Assembly (NCBI GenBank): GCA_963840375.1
Contig: CAWIYR010000002.1
Span: forward strand, 1,024,613-1,088,612
Source of the DNA: an uncultured Chloroflexia bacterium
GTDB lineage: Bacteria > Chloroflexota > Limnocylindria > Limnocylindrales > CSP1-4
Direction: 5' to 3'
DNA length: 64,000 bases
Below are positions 17,185 through 25,983 of this stretch, piece by piece. The notes below the pieces were generated by a model. The model was not told where the DNA came from and did not search any database. It was given only the letters and a program-made list of their open reading frames with translations. The stretch's first letter is position 1; the number at the start of each line of letters is the position of its first letter. Made by a program: the position numbers and the translations under genes.

Positions 17185-18305
17185 GGCAGGTAGTCGTTCG
17201 TGAAGTAGGTCGAGAAGTCCGGCGTCGTCGTCAGCGGCTTCCCGTCCGGTCCGGCCAGCAGCCCGGTCCCGTAGAGGAAGCCCGAGAAGCCGGCCCAGCG
17301 GTCGGCGGTCTGGCGCCCGACCCGGCCATCCGCGTCGAGATAGAGCCTCTGCTCGGCGAGGTAGGCCGCCGAGTCGGTCGGCAGCTTCGGGTTCGCGTCG
17401 AAGACGCCCGGGTTCGCCGCGATGAGGAGAGCCGAGGCTGCGGCCGGATCGGACGCCGCGAGCTCGAACCCGCGGACCGTGGCGGCGAGGAAGCGCCGGG
17501 CCACGTCCGGATGGGCCGCCAGCCAGTCGTCGTTGCAGACCAGGACCACGGCATACGAATCGGGCAGCCCGTAGTCGGTGAAGGCGAAGGTCCGGAGCTT
17601 GATCCCGCGCTCGGCGGCCTCGAGCGCCTCCCATGCGCTGTAGGTGATCGTGAAGTCGGCCTTGCCGCCGTAGAGCGCCTCGTAGGCGGCGGTGTCGAGG
17701 GTCGCCGTGCGGAAGTCGCCCTTCCCGCCGTCGGACTTGATGACCGCCTGCAGCTCGGGGACCTCCTGGGGCAGGCCGAACCCGGCGTAGAGCTTGCCGT
17801 CGAGGTCGCGCGGCCGGGTCACCGAACCGTCGTCACGCGTCGCGATCTCGGTCGCCGTGTGCTGGAGGATCGCCATCACCGAGCGCTCCTTCGCGCCGGC
17901 CGCGATGGCGAAGGTCGCTCCCTCCTGGGTGCTGATCCCGCACTCGGCGCCGCCGGCCGAGACGAGCGTCTCCGGGCTCGTGCTCGCGTACGGCAGGAAG
18001 CGCAGATCGATCGCCTGGTCGCGGTACCAGCCGTTCTGCTGGGCGACGTAGAAGCCGGTGTGGTTCGTGTTCGGCGTCCAGTCCAGGGCCAGGCGCACGG
18101 TGGCGGTGGCCGGGAGGGGGGTCGCGCTCGCCGGCCCGGGCGACGCGGCCGACGGGCTCGCTTCTGACGGAACCGCGATCGCCGACGCCGCCGGCGACGA
18201 ACCGGCGAGACCGCTCCCGGTCGGTCCTGCGCCAGGCGAGCACGCCCCGGCCACGACGGCGACGACGACGAGGGCGCTGGCGGCGAGGAGTGAAGCGCGA
18301 GACAC
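17181..18305 (-). CDS. NMT1/THI5-like ABC substrate-binding lipoprotein (ThiY-like, probable HMP/thiamine-precursor binding)
   Basis: Signal peptide with lipobox VVAGAC. LALDWTPNTNHTGFYVAQQNGWY is typical of NMT1/THI5-like SBPs. A TPP riboswitch lies directly upstream. Confidence 0.8.
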   Translation of the reverse strand: MSRASLLAASALVVVAVVAGACSPGAGPTGSGLAGSSPAASAIAVPSEASPSAASPGPASATPLPATATVRLALDWTPNTNHTGFYVAQQNGWYRDQAIDLRFLPYASTSPETLVSAGGAECGISTQEGATFAIAAGAKERSVMAILQHTATEIATRDDGSVTRPRDLDGKLYAGFGLPQEVPELQAVIKSDGGKGDFRTATLDTAAYEALYGGKADFTITYSAWEALEAAERGIKLRTFAFTDYGLPDSYAVVLVCNDDWLAAHPDVARRFLAATVRGFELAASDPAAASALLIAANPGVFDANPKLPTDSAAYLAEQRLYLDADGRVGRQTADRWAGFSGFLYGTGLLAGPDGKPLTTTPDFSTYFTNDYLP

Positions 18306-18374
18306 CGGGGAGGACCTCCGACCCGTAACGGGGACGCCGCCCCCGGATGGACCGGGAACGGCGTCGAGTCGGCG

Positions 18375-18470
18375 ATCTGCCTGCTTCCTACACCGGTACG
18401 AGCCGGATCAGGTTCGGCGGGTCTGTGGTCTGGCCACACTCTCAGCGCGTTCGCGCTCCCCGGAGGCGTA
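18375..18470 (-). promoter_or_regulatory. TPP (THI-box) riboswitch
   Basis: The minus strand reads CCGGGGAGCGCGAACGCGCUGAGAGUGUGGCCAGACCACAGACCCGCCGAACCUGAUCCGGCUCGUACCGGUGUAGGAAGC. This contains the conserved GGGG-, CUGAGA, ACCC, GAACCUGAUCCGG, ACCGG and UAGGAAGC blocks, about 70 nt upstream of GTG 18305. Confidence 0.85.
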
Positions 18471-18488
18471 TTCGATTGTGGGCCGAGT

Positions 18489-21400
18489 CTACACCAGGCC
18501 GAGTCGCGCCTCGATCGTGGTCGCCTCGTCGAGCTCGGCGGGTGTCGCATCGTCGACGCCCTCGAGCAGGCGCAGCGCCCGGGCGGTCCACCAGGCGGCT
18601 CCGACGCGACGAAGGGCGGGCAGGCTGCCCCGGGCGACGGCCGCGACCTCGCGTTCGGGGCGACTCTCCGCGGCCATCACGGCGGCTCGCTCGACCTCGA
18701 TCGCGCCGACCGCCAGCGTGCTCGGGACGGTCGCCCGGCCGAGGGCCGCCGCGGTCGCCTCGAGGGCGGACCGACAGGTGTCCAGACGATCCGCCGCGCG
18801 CCAGGCCCCGAGGATCGTCGCGAGGCAGCCGAGCCAGCCGGGACCCCCCGGCTCGAACCCGAACCCGTCGAGCAGTGGCTCGGGATCGGGCGGGCCCGCC
18901 GCCACGAGACCGGCCCGCGCGAACCAGACGTCGGCGGCCGCCCCGAGGATGCGCCCGTACGGGGAGTCGGGCATCGACCGACGACGCGCCGCCATGAACC
19001 AGGCGTGGCCGCGGGTCACGATGTCGCGGCGTCCACGGTGTCCGGCGACGAGGAGCATCGGGCTGAGGGTCCGGACGGCCAGGCGGTGGTAGCCGTGCCG
19101 CTCGGCCAGGTCGAGCGCCGCGATCCCCGACACCAGGCACCCGTCCCAGTCGCCGCTCGCCAGGCCCGCCTCGCATCCGAGGTTCTCGATCCAGCCGAGT
19201 CGTTCCGGCAGCCCCTGGCTCGCCGCGATCTCGCGGGCCGGCGCGAGGATCGCCGCCGTTTCCGCGGGGTGCTCGTCGATCGTCTGGAAGCCGACCGTGG
19301 TCAGCGCCTGGGCAGCGGTGTCCCAGTCGCCCAGCTCGCGGGCAAAGGTCGCGATCGACGCCCACGGATCGGCACCGACGTCCCCGACCTCGGCCCGAGC
19401 GACGGCCAGGTCGAACCGCGCCGTCAGCTGCAGGTGGCGGTCCGGGGTCGTCTCGGCGATCGCGACGGCGCGCGCCGCATCGGCGACCCAGGTCTCGCCC
19501 TCGTTCGTCTCGCCGGAACGGGCACGCCCCCTGGCGAGGAGAAGCGCGGCCGTCCCGCCGTCCTCCGGCGGTCCGATCTCGCCGAGGAGTCGGTCGGCGA
19601 GGTCCCAGCTGTCGCGGAACCTGAGCTGCTCGAAGAGGATCCCGCACAGCGTCGCGCCGGCGCCGGCGATGACCGTACGAGCCTCCACGGCCCCCAGACC
19701 GTCGCCCCGGGTCGAGCCGTCCTCGACCGTCGACCGGGCGCGACGCGCCTCCGCCAACGCACGCTCCAGGGCCTCGGTCGCCGGCTCCAGCGCGGCGGTC
19801 CGGTGCAGGGCGCGACCGAGCCCGTACCACCGCCGTGCCGCGTCGACCGCGTCGGATCCCGTGGTGAGGGCGACCGCCCGACGTCCCAGCGCGACGGCGG
19901 CCTCGTGGGCCGACGCGCGGGTCGCCTGGTCGGCAGCGCGCTCGAGCCAGGCGGCGGCGCGGGCGGCTGCCTCGAGCCGGTCCAGACCCGGGGCGACCGT
20001 CGAGGCGAGCGTCGACGCCGACTCCAGCGCTGCCTCGTAGTGCCCGCCGATCGCCTCGGCGACCTCCTCGACCCGCTCGCCGGCGACCTGCTCCAGCCAG
20101 CCGGCCAGGGCCACGTGGAGTCTCGCCCGCTCCGCCCGGGCGAGACTCACGTAGGCGGCGTCCCGGAGGAGGGCGTGACGATAGGCATAGGTGGCGCCGA
20201 CGACCGGAGCCGGTGTCGGCCCGGCGATGAGCGAACGGCGGTCCAGGCTGGCCAGGGCGGTGACGGGATCGGTGACACCGAGTCCCGGGAGGGCATCGAC
20301 CGGGAACCGGCGTCCGGCGACGGCCGCCCGGCGGGCGGTGGCGCGGGCGAGCGGCGGCAGGTCATCCAGCTGGACGCCGTAGAGCGCGTGGACCGTCGCC
20401 GGGATGGCCAGCGGGCCATCGCTGGTGACGAAGGTCCACCCTCCGGCTCCCTGCCGGAGCATCCCGCTGCTGGCCCAGCTCCGGAGCAGCTCCTCGACGT
20501 ACAGGCAGTTGCCGTCGGAGGCCTCGGCGATGCGAGTCACGAGCGGGTCCCCCAGGGCGTCGCCCACGAGGGCCCGCACGAGGGCCTCGGCCGATCGGGC
20601 CGACAGGCCGGCGAGGTCGAGACGGTACCGTCCCGCCGCCGGGTCGGTCGTCGCCCAGCCCCGGCCGGTCTCGAGCAGCGACGGCCGGGCGGTCACGACC
20701 ACGAGACGGCCCGAGGGGACGGGGCCGCCGCTCGCCGCGTCGATGAAGGCGAGCGCATCGGGGCTCGCCCAGTGCCCGTCCTCGGCGATCCACAGCTCCC
20801 CGGTCGGCGCGGCCAGCGCGGCGAACCCGTCGAGCCACGCTTCGAACAGGCGATCGCGGTCGGCGGGTCCCGACCCACCCGTCGTGCCCCGGCCCCCGGC
20901 GGTGGGTCCGTCTCCGGCCTCGCGCGCGGGCGCCGCCAGTCCGACGAGCGCCTCCGCGACCACCGCGGCCCGGCCACGGGTGAGCCCGCCGGTCTCGAGC
21001 CGTCCGGCGATGTCGGCGTCGACGACGTCCCCGGCCAGGTCGGCGATCGCGCCGAAGGGCCTCGGGTCGTCGAGCCGGAACCGGACCCGGCGGACGAGGA
21101 CGTCGGCCTGGACCCGTCCCGCCAGCTCGTCGACCAGCCGGGTCTTGCCGGTGCCTGGCGGCGCGACGATCAGCCAGCGTTCGCTCCGTCGCTGGGTCAC
21201 CGATCGGGCGACCGCGGCCGCGAGCGTCCCGAGCTCCGTCTCGCGACCGAGGATCGGCGCCCGGAGCGCGCCCATCGCCGTCTCGCGCGAGCGGATCGCC
21301 AGCACGCCGGTCGCCTCCCTGGCCGAGACCGGGGCCGCCTTGCCCTTGAGCTCGAGTTCGGCCGGCGGCCCGAGCTCGATCGTGTCGGCGACCGCCAGCG

Positions 21401-21875
21401 CCGTCGTCTCGGAGATGAGGATCCCACCGGGTCGGGCCGCCGCCTGGAGCCGGGCCGCCGTATTGACCGTGTCGCCCGTCAACCGCCCGGCATCCGGACC
21501 GTCCTCCGCGTGGACGACCTCGCCGGTCGCGATGCCGACCCGGACGGCCAGGTCCCCGGGGTCGAGCCCGAGCTCGCCGTGGAGGCGCTCGACCGCCGCC
21601 GCGATGGCCAGGCCGCAGCGGACCGCTCGCTCGGCGTCGTCGTCCCGGCCGACCGGCACGCCGAAGGCGGCCATCGCCGCGTCGCCGATGAACTTCTCGA
21701 GCACCCCTCGATGACGGGCGACGGTCTCGCGGACCGCCGCGAAGTAGCGGTCCTGGATCGCTGCGACATCCTCGGCGTCCAGCCGCTCGGCGAGCGACGT
21801 GAACCCGACGAGGTCGGCGAACAGGACGCTGACGATCCGGCGCTCGTAGCTCGCGTCCCCCTCGGCCGGTGACAT
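18489..21875 (-). CDS. Class III adenylate/guanylate cyclase fused to a P-loop (STAND/AAA-like) NTPase and a helical TPR-like C-terminal region
   Basis: Real part of ORF 18489..23576, from MSPAEGD (ATG 21875). Cyclase motifs VLFADLVGFTSL, KFIGDAAMAAFG, GDTVNTAARLQ. Walker A IVAPPGTGKTRLV. About 700 aa of helical repeats. No terminal HTH seen. Confidence 0.8.
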   Translation of the reverse strand: MSPAEGDASYERRIVSVLFADLVGFTSLAERLDAEDVAAIQDRYFAAVRETVARHRGVLEKFIGDAAMAAFGVPVGRDDDAERAVRCGLAIAAAVERLHGELGLDPGDLAVRVGIATGEVVHAEDGPDAGRLTGDTVNTAARLQAAARPGGILISETTALAVADTIELGPPAELELKGKAAPVSAREATGVLAIRSRETAMGALRAPILGRETELGTLAAAVARSVTQRRSERWLIVAPPGTGKTRLVDELAGRVQADVLVRRVRFRLDDPRPFGAIADLAGDVVDADIAGRLETGGLTRGRAAVVAEALVGLAAPAREAGDGPTAGGRGTTGGSGPADRDRLFEAWLDGFAALAAPTGELWIAEDGHWASPDALAFIDAASGGPVPSGRLVVVTARPSLLETGRGWATTDPAAGRYRLDLAGLSARSAEALVRALVGDALGDPLVTRIAEASDGNCLYVEELLRSWASSGMLRQGAGGWTFVTSDGPLAIPATVHALYGVQLDDLPPLARATARRAAVAGRRFPVDALPGLGVTDPVTALASLDRRSLIAGPTPAPVVGATYAYRHALLRDAAYVSLARAERARLHVALAGWLEQVAGERVEEVAEAIGGHYEAALESASTLASTVAPGLDRLEAAARAAAWLERAADQATRASAHEAAVALGRRAVALTTGSDAVDAARRWYGLGRALHRTAALEPATEALERALAEARRARSTVEDGSTRGDGLGAVEARTVIAGAGATLCGILFEQLRFRDSWDLADRLLGEIGPPEDGGTAALLLARGRARSGETNEGETWVADAARAVAIAETTPDRHLQLTARFDLAVARAEVGDVGADPWASIATFARELGDWDTAAQALTTVGFQTIDEHPAETAAILAPAREIAASQGLPERLGWIENLGCEAGLASGDWDGCLVSGIAALDLAERHGYHRLAVRTLSPMLLVAGHRGRRDIVTRGHAWFMAARRRSMPDSPYGRILGAAADVWFARAGLVAAGPPDPEPLLDGFGFEPGGPGWLGCLATILGAWRAADRLDTCRSALEATAAALGRATVPSTLAVGAIEVERAAVMAAESRPEREVAAVARGSLPALRRVGAAWWTARALRLLEGVDDATPAELDEATTIEARLGLV

Positions 21876-21986
21876 GGTCGGACTGTAGACCCTCGCGGCC
21901 GTCCGGCACCGGGCGGACCTCCGGGACCGACGACGACCGGGCGATGCGTCCGGTGGCTCCGGGCCGGGTGCCATAATGGCCCGACG

Positions 21987-23528
21987 ATGACGACCGAGCC
22001 CCAGGCGAAGACGCCGACCGCCCCCGCCGTTGCCCGCGGCGGGGTGCCCGCCCCGAACAGCTGGGGCTTCGGCGACGGGCAGGCGATCCCGTGGGAGTAC
22101 GCGCCGGCGCCGGAATCGCGGGACGTCGTCCGGATCCGGGAGCGCTACGGCCTGTTCATCGGCGGTCGCGAGGTCCCCGCGGCCGACGGCGCCACGTTCG
22201 CCAGCGTCGACCCGGCGACGGAGGAGACGCTCGCCCATGTCGCCCGTGCCACGCCGGCCGACGTCGACCGGGCGATCCGCTCGGCGCGCCGGGCCACCGG
22301 GACCAGCTGGGGCCGGCTGCCGGGCCGGGAGCGGGCGAAGTACCTCTTCCGGATCGCCCGGATCCTCCAGGAGCGCAGCCGCGAGTTCGCGGTCCTGGAG
22401 AGCATGGACTCGGGCAAGCCGATCAAGGAGAGCCGCGACGTCGACGTGCCGCTCGCCGCCGCCCACTTCTGGTACTACGCCGGCTGGGCGGACAAGCTCG
22501 ACTACGCCTTCCCGGGTCGGACCGCCCGCCCGCTCGGTGTCGCCGCGCAGATCATCCCGTGGAACTTCCCGCTGCTCATGCTCTCGTGGAAGATCGCCCC
22601 GGCGCTCGCCGCCGGCAATACCGTCGTCCTCAAGCCGGCCAGCACCACGCCCCTGAGCGCGCTCCTCTTCGCCGAGGTCTGCCGCCAGGCGGACCTGCCG
22701 CCCGGCGTCGTCAACATCGTCACCGGTCCGGGCGAGATCGGGATGACCATGGTCACCCATCCGGGCGTCGACAAGGTCGCGTTCACCGGCTCGACGGAAG
22801 TCGGCAAGCTCATCGCGAAGGGCATCGCCGGCCAGGGCAAGGCCCTCACCCTGGAGCTCGGCGGCAAGGCCGCCAACATCGTCTTCGAGGACGCCGCGCT
22901 CGACCAGGCGGTCGAAGGCATCATCAACGGGATCTACTTCAACCAGGGTGAGGTCTGCTGCGCCGGCTCGCGACTGCTCGTCCAGGAGTCGATCGCCGGG
23001 ACGCTCATCGAGAAGCTCAAGGACCGCCTGTCCACGATCCGGGTCGGCGACCCGCTCGACAAGAACACCGACGTCGGCGCGATCAACTCGAAGGCCCAGC
23101 TCGAGAAGATCACCGAGCTCGTGGCCGCCGGGGTGGCCGAGGGCGCCGAGCTCTACCAACCGGCCTGCGACCTGCCCGAGCGAGGCTACTTCTTCCGTCC
23201 GACGCTCTTCACGAACGTCGCTCAGAGTCACCGGATCGCGCAGGAGGAGATCTTCGGGCCGGTCCTCGCCACGCTGACGTTCCGGACGCCCGACGAGGCG
23301 ATCGAGAAGGCGAACAACACCCCGTACGGCCTGTCCGCCGGGATCTGGACGGACAAGGGCAGCCGGATCCTGATGATGGCCCAGCGGATGCGGGCCGGGG
23401 TCGTCTGGGCGAACACCTTCAACAAGTTCGACCCGACCAGCCCGTTCGGCGGCTACAAGGAGTCGGGCTACGGGCGCGAGGGCGGGCTCCACGGCCTGCT
23501 CGCCTATGTCCGGCTCGAGGACCGCTGA
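21987..23528 (+). CDS. Aldehyde dehydrogenase (full length)
   Basis: IIPWNFPLLM, LELGGKAANIVF, catalytic Cys context NQGEVCCAGSR, EEIFGPVLA. An extended -10-like TGcCATAAT (21969-21977) lies 9 nt before the ATG. Confidence 0.85.
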   Translation: MTTEPQAKTPTAPAVARGGVPAPNSWGFGDGQAIPWEYAPAPESRDVVRIRERYGLFIGGREVPAADGATFASVDPATEETLAHVARATPADVDRAIRSARRATGTSWGRLPGRERAKYLFRIARILQERSREFAVLESMDSGKPIKESRDVDVPLAAAHFWYYAGWADKLDYAFPGRTARPLGVAAQIIPWNFPLLMLSWKIAPALAAGNTVVLKPASTTPLSALLFAEVCRQADLPPGVVNIVTGPGEIGMTMVTHPGVDKVAFTGSTEVGKLIAKGIAGQGKALTLELGGKAANIVFEDAALDQAVEGIINGIYFNQGEVCCAGSRLLVQESIAGTLIEKLKDRLSTIRVGDPLDKNTDVGAINSKAQLEKITELVAAGVAEGAELYQPACDLPERGYFFRPTLFTNVAQSHRIAQEEIFGPVLATLTFRTPDEAIEKANNTPYGLSAGIWTDKGSRILMMAQRMRAGVVWANTFNKFDPTSPFGGYKESGYGREGGLHGLLAYVRLEDR

Positions 23529-23529
23529 G

Positions 23530-24438
23530 ATGCCGGGTGAGGACCGGGCCGGCGCGCCCCGGATCGAGGTCCGCAAGACCTACAAGCTCTACATCGGGGG
23601 AGCCTTCCCGCGGACCGAATCCGGTCGGACCTACCTCGTGAGCGGGGCTGCCGGGCGACCGATCGCGAACGCCTGCCGGGCCTCGCGCAAGGACGTCCGC
23701 GATGCGGTCCGGGCGGCACGCAAGGCATTCGAGCCGTGGGCGGCCCGGACGGCGATGAACCGCGGTCAGATCCTCTATCGCGTCGCCGAGCTCATGGAGG
23801 GCCGGCGCGACCAGTTCCGGGCGGAGGTCGCCGCGGGGGAGGGGCTCACCCGGGCGCGGGCCGGCACCGTCGTGGACCAGGCCATCGACCGCTGGGTCTG
23901 GTACGCCGGCTGGGCCGACAAGCTCGGTCAGGTCCTCGGCAACTCGAACCCGGTCGCCGGCCCGTTCTTCAACTTCACGATCCCCGAGCCGACGGGCGTG
24001 GTCGGCGTGGTCGCGCCGGAACGCTCGTCGCTGCTGGGCCTCGTCAGCCGGCTGGCTCCGGCGATCGTGGGCGGCAACGTCGCGGTCGTCCTGGCGTCCG
24101 AGGCTCGACCGCTCGCGGCCGTGACCCTGGCCGAGGTCCTGGCCACCTCGGACGTGCCCGGCGGCGTCGTCAACATCCTGACCGGGCACCGCTCCGAGCT
24201 GGTGCCGGTCCTCGCCGCGCACGTGGACGTCGACGCCATCGACACCTGGGGCGTCGAGCTCGCCGAACAGCGTGCGGTCGAGATCGCGGCCGCCGACAGC
24301 GTGAAGCGGCTCTCGCGCCGGCCGGCGGGCGTCGCGGACGCCCGGTTCGACTGGACCGACGATCGTGCCGCCCAGCGTCCGGAGTGGATCGCCGCCTTCC
24401 TGGAGATGAAGACGGTCTGGCACCCGATCGGCGCCTGA
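23530..24438 (+). CDS. Aldehyde-dehydrogenase-like protein lacking the catalytic domain
   Basis: KLYIGGAFP.., the cofactor-domain-like PERSSLLGLVSRLAPAIVGGNVAVVLAS and GGVVNILTG are present. No ELGG or catalytic Cys region. ATG 23530 is 1 nt after the upstream ALDH stop. Confidence 0.7.
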   Translation: MPGEDRAGAPRIEVRKTYKLYIGGAFPRTESGRTYLVSGAAGRPIANACRASRKDVRDAVRAARKAFEPWAARTAMNRGQILYRVAELMEGRRDQFRAEVAAGEGLTRARAGTVVDQAIDRWVWYAGWADKLGQVLGNSNPVAGPFFNFTIPEPTGVVGVVAPERSSLLGLVSRLAPAIVGGNVAVVLASEARPLAAVTLAEVLATSDVPGGVVNILTGHRSELVPVLAAHVDVDAIDTWGVELAEQRAVEIAAADSVKRLSRRPAGVADARFDWTDDRAAQRPEWIAAFLEMKTVWHPIGA

Positions 24439-24454
24439 GACGGCCGACACGAGC

Positions 24455-24907
24455 GTGGCCGGGACGGGTCGCGTCGAGCGACGGACCTACGTCAGCGCCG
24501 CGCCGCGGGTGGTCTGGGCGACCCTCCACGACCCCGCCGCCCAGGACGTCCTCTACCCCGAGCTGCGACTCGGCCTCGCGGCCGCGAGCTGGCCGGCCGC
24601 CGGGGCGACCCGTCCGGCACGGCTCCGGCTGGGCCTGCTGCGCACGAGCGTCCGCCTCGAGAGCCTCGAGGCCCGACCCGAGAGCCGGTTCCGCTGGATC
24701 CTCGTCGGCGACGGCATCCGGCTGGAGCGTTCCTGGGCGATCGAGACCGGGGCGGCCGGGGGCACCCGGGTGATCGCTGCCGCGGATCTCCAGACGAGCG
24801 GTCGCTGGGTGGAGACGCTCGTCCGGCTCGGCCGCGGCTCGGCCGACTCGCTGGTCGAGACGAACCTGCGGATCCTCAAGGAGATGGCCGAGGGCGGCGC
24901 CCGATGA
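24455..24907 (+). CDS. SRPBCC (START/polyketide-cyclase-like) family protein
   Basis: 150-aa ORF with a GTG start. It opens with the usual family pattern (RRTYVSAAPRVVWATLHDP) and has matching length. Assigned by resemblance only. Confidence 0.55.
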   Translation: MAGTGRVERRTYVSAAPRVVWATLHDPAAQDVLYPELRLGLAAASWPAAGATRPARLRLGLLRTSVRLESLEARPESRFRWILVGDGIRLERSWAIETGAAGGTRVIAAADLQTSGRWVETLVRLGRGSADSLVETNLRILKEMAEGGAR

Positions 24908-24926
24908 CTCTGGCCGGCAGCCGCTG

Positions 24927-25925
24927 ATGCCCCCGGCGGTCCTCGGGCTCCTCGTCGCCGCGGCGGTCCTCCACGCCGGCTGGAACATCCTCCTCAAGAC
25001 CGCGAGCGATCCGCTCCGGACGGCCGGCCGGGGGATGCTCGTCGGAGCGATCGTCCTCCTGCCGGTCGGAGCCATCGGGTGGCTCGCGGTCGGCCGGCCG
25101 GCGATCCCGACCGAGGCGTGGCTCCTCGCGGTCGCCTCGGGGGTCCTCGAGGCGGTCTACTTCGGCCTGCTCTCGGCGGCCTACTCGCGGGGCGACCTCT
25201 CGCTCGTCTACCCCATCGCGCGGGGGACCGCCCCGGTCATCGCGGTCTTCGTCGGGCTCGTCCTCCTGGGCGAGCGCCTCGGCGTCCAGGGGGCGATCGG
25301 GGTGGCGCTGCTGCTCGCCGGCATCCTCTCCCTCCAGCGACCGTGGGCCGTGATCCGGGGTCGCGCGGCGATGTCGCGGCAGACCCGGGAGGCGGTCTGG
25401 CTGGCGGTCGCGACCGGGGTCGCCATCGCCTCGTACTCGGCGGTCGACCTCACCGGCGCCCGGCTCATCCCACCGTGGCTCTACGCCACGCTCATCTGGA
25501 CGTTCACCGCCGCGTTCCTGCTGAGCGGGATCGCCCTGGTCGACCGCCGCCGACGCGAGCCGGCCGAGCTGGCCCTCGCGTCGGTCGCCGCGGTGACCGA
25601 GACCGAGACCCTCGACCCGGCGGCGTTCGCGACCGCCGCCCCGGTGGCCGGCCGACCCGGCGCGGGATCGCCCGGCGCGTCCGGCTGGGGTCGCGCGGCG
25701 GTGGGTGGGATCGTGACCGTCGTCGCCTACCTGCTCGTCCTCGTCGCCTACGTCTACGCGCCGCTGACGGCAGTGGCGCCGGTCCGCGAATCGGCGATCG
25801 TCCTCGTCTCCGGGTGGGGGTCCTTCCGGCTCGGCGAGGCGGCCACCCGCCGAGCGGCGCTGGGCCGGCTCGCCGCCGCCGCGGTCATCGTCGTCGGCGC
25901 GTTCCTCCTCGCCACGGAGGGCTGA
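24927..25925 (+). CDS. EamA/DMT-superfamily transporter
   Basis: About 10 hydrophobic helices in two halves. AVLHAGWNILLK start. Gly/Ala/Leu-rich. Confidence 0.7.
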   Translation: MPPAVLGLLVAAAVLHAGWNILLKTASDPLRTAGRGMLVGAIVLLPVGAIGWLAVGRPAIPTEAWLLAVASGVLEAVYFGLLSAAYSRGDLSLVYPIARGTAPVIAVFVGLVLLGERLGVQGAIGVALLLAGILSLQRPWAVIRGRAAMSRQTREAVWLAVATGVAIASYSAVDLTGARLIPPWLYATLIWTFTAAFLLSGIALVDRRRREPAELALASVAAVTETETLDPAAFATAAPVAGRPGAGSPGASGWGRAAVGGIVTVVAYLLVLVAYVYAPLTAVAPVRESAIVLVSGWGSFRLGEAATRRAALGRLAAAAVIVVGAFLLATEG

Positions 25926-25983
25926 CCGAGGGTCGTCGGCGTCGCCCGCCCACCCCGACCGCAGGCTGGCCGCGGGGCCCGAA

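Noticed and set aside
19005-21872. 955-aa ORF on the plus strand
   Set aside because: It is antisense to the cyclase-STAND gene. Junk composition.
21876-23576. Upstream 567 codons of the 1695-aa ORF 18489..23576
   Set aside because: This part is antisense to the intact ALDH gene. The cyclase homology begins right after ATG 21875.
23530-24438. Short ALDH-like gene as another frameshift casualty
   Set aside because: The missing catalytic region is not found in any other frame, and the next gene starts 17 nt after the stop. It looks like a clean domain absence rather than a broken ORF.
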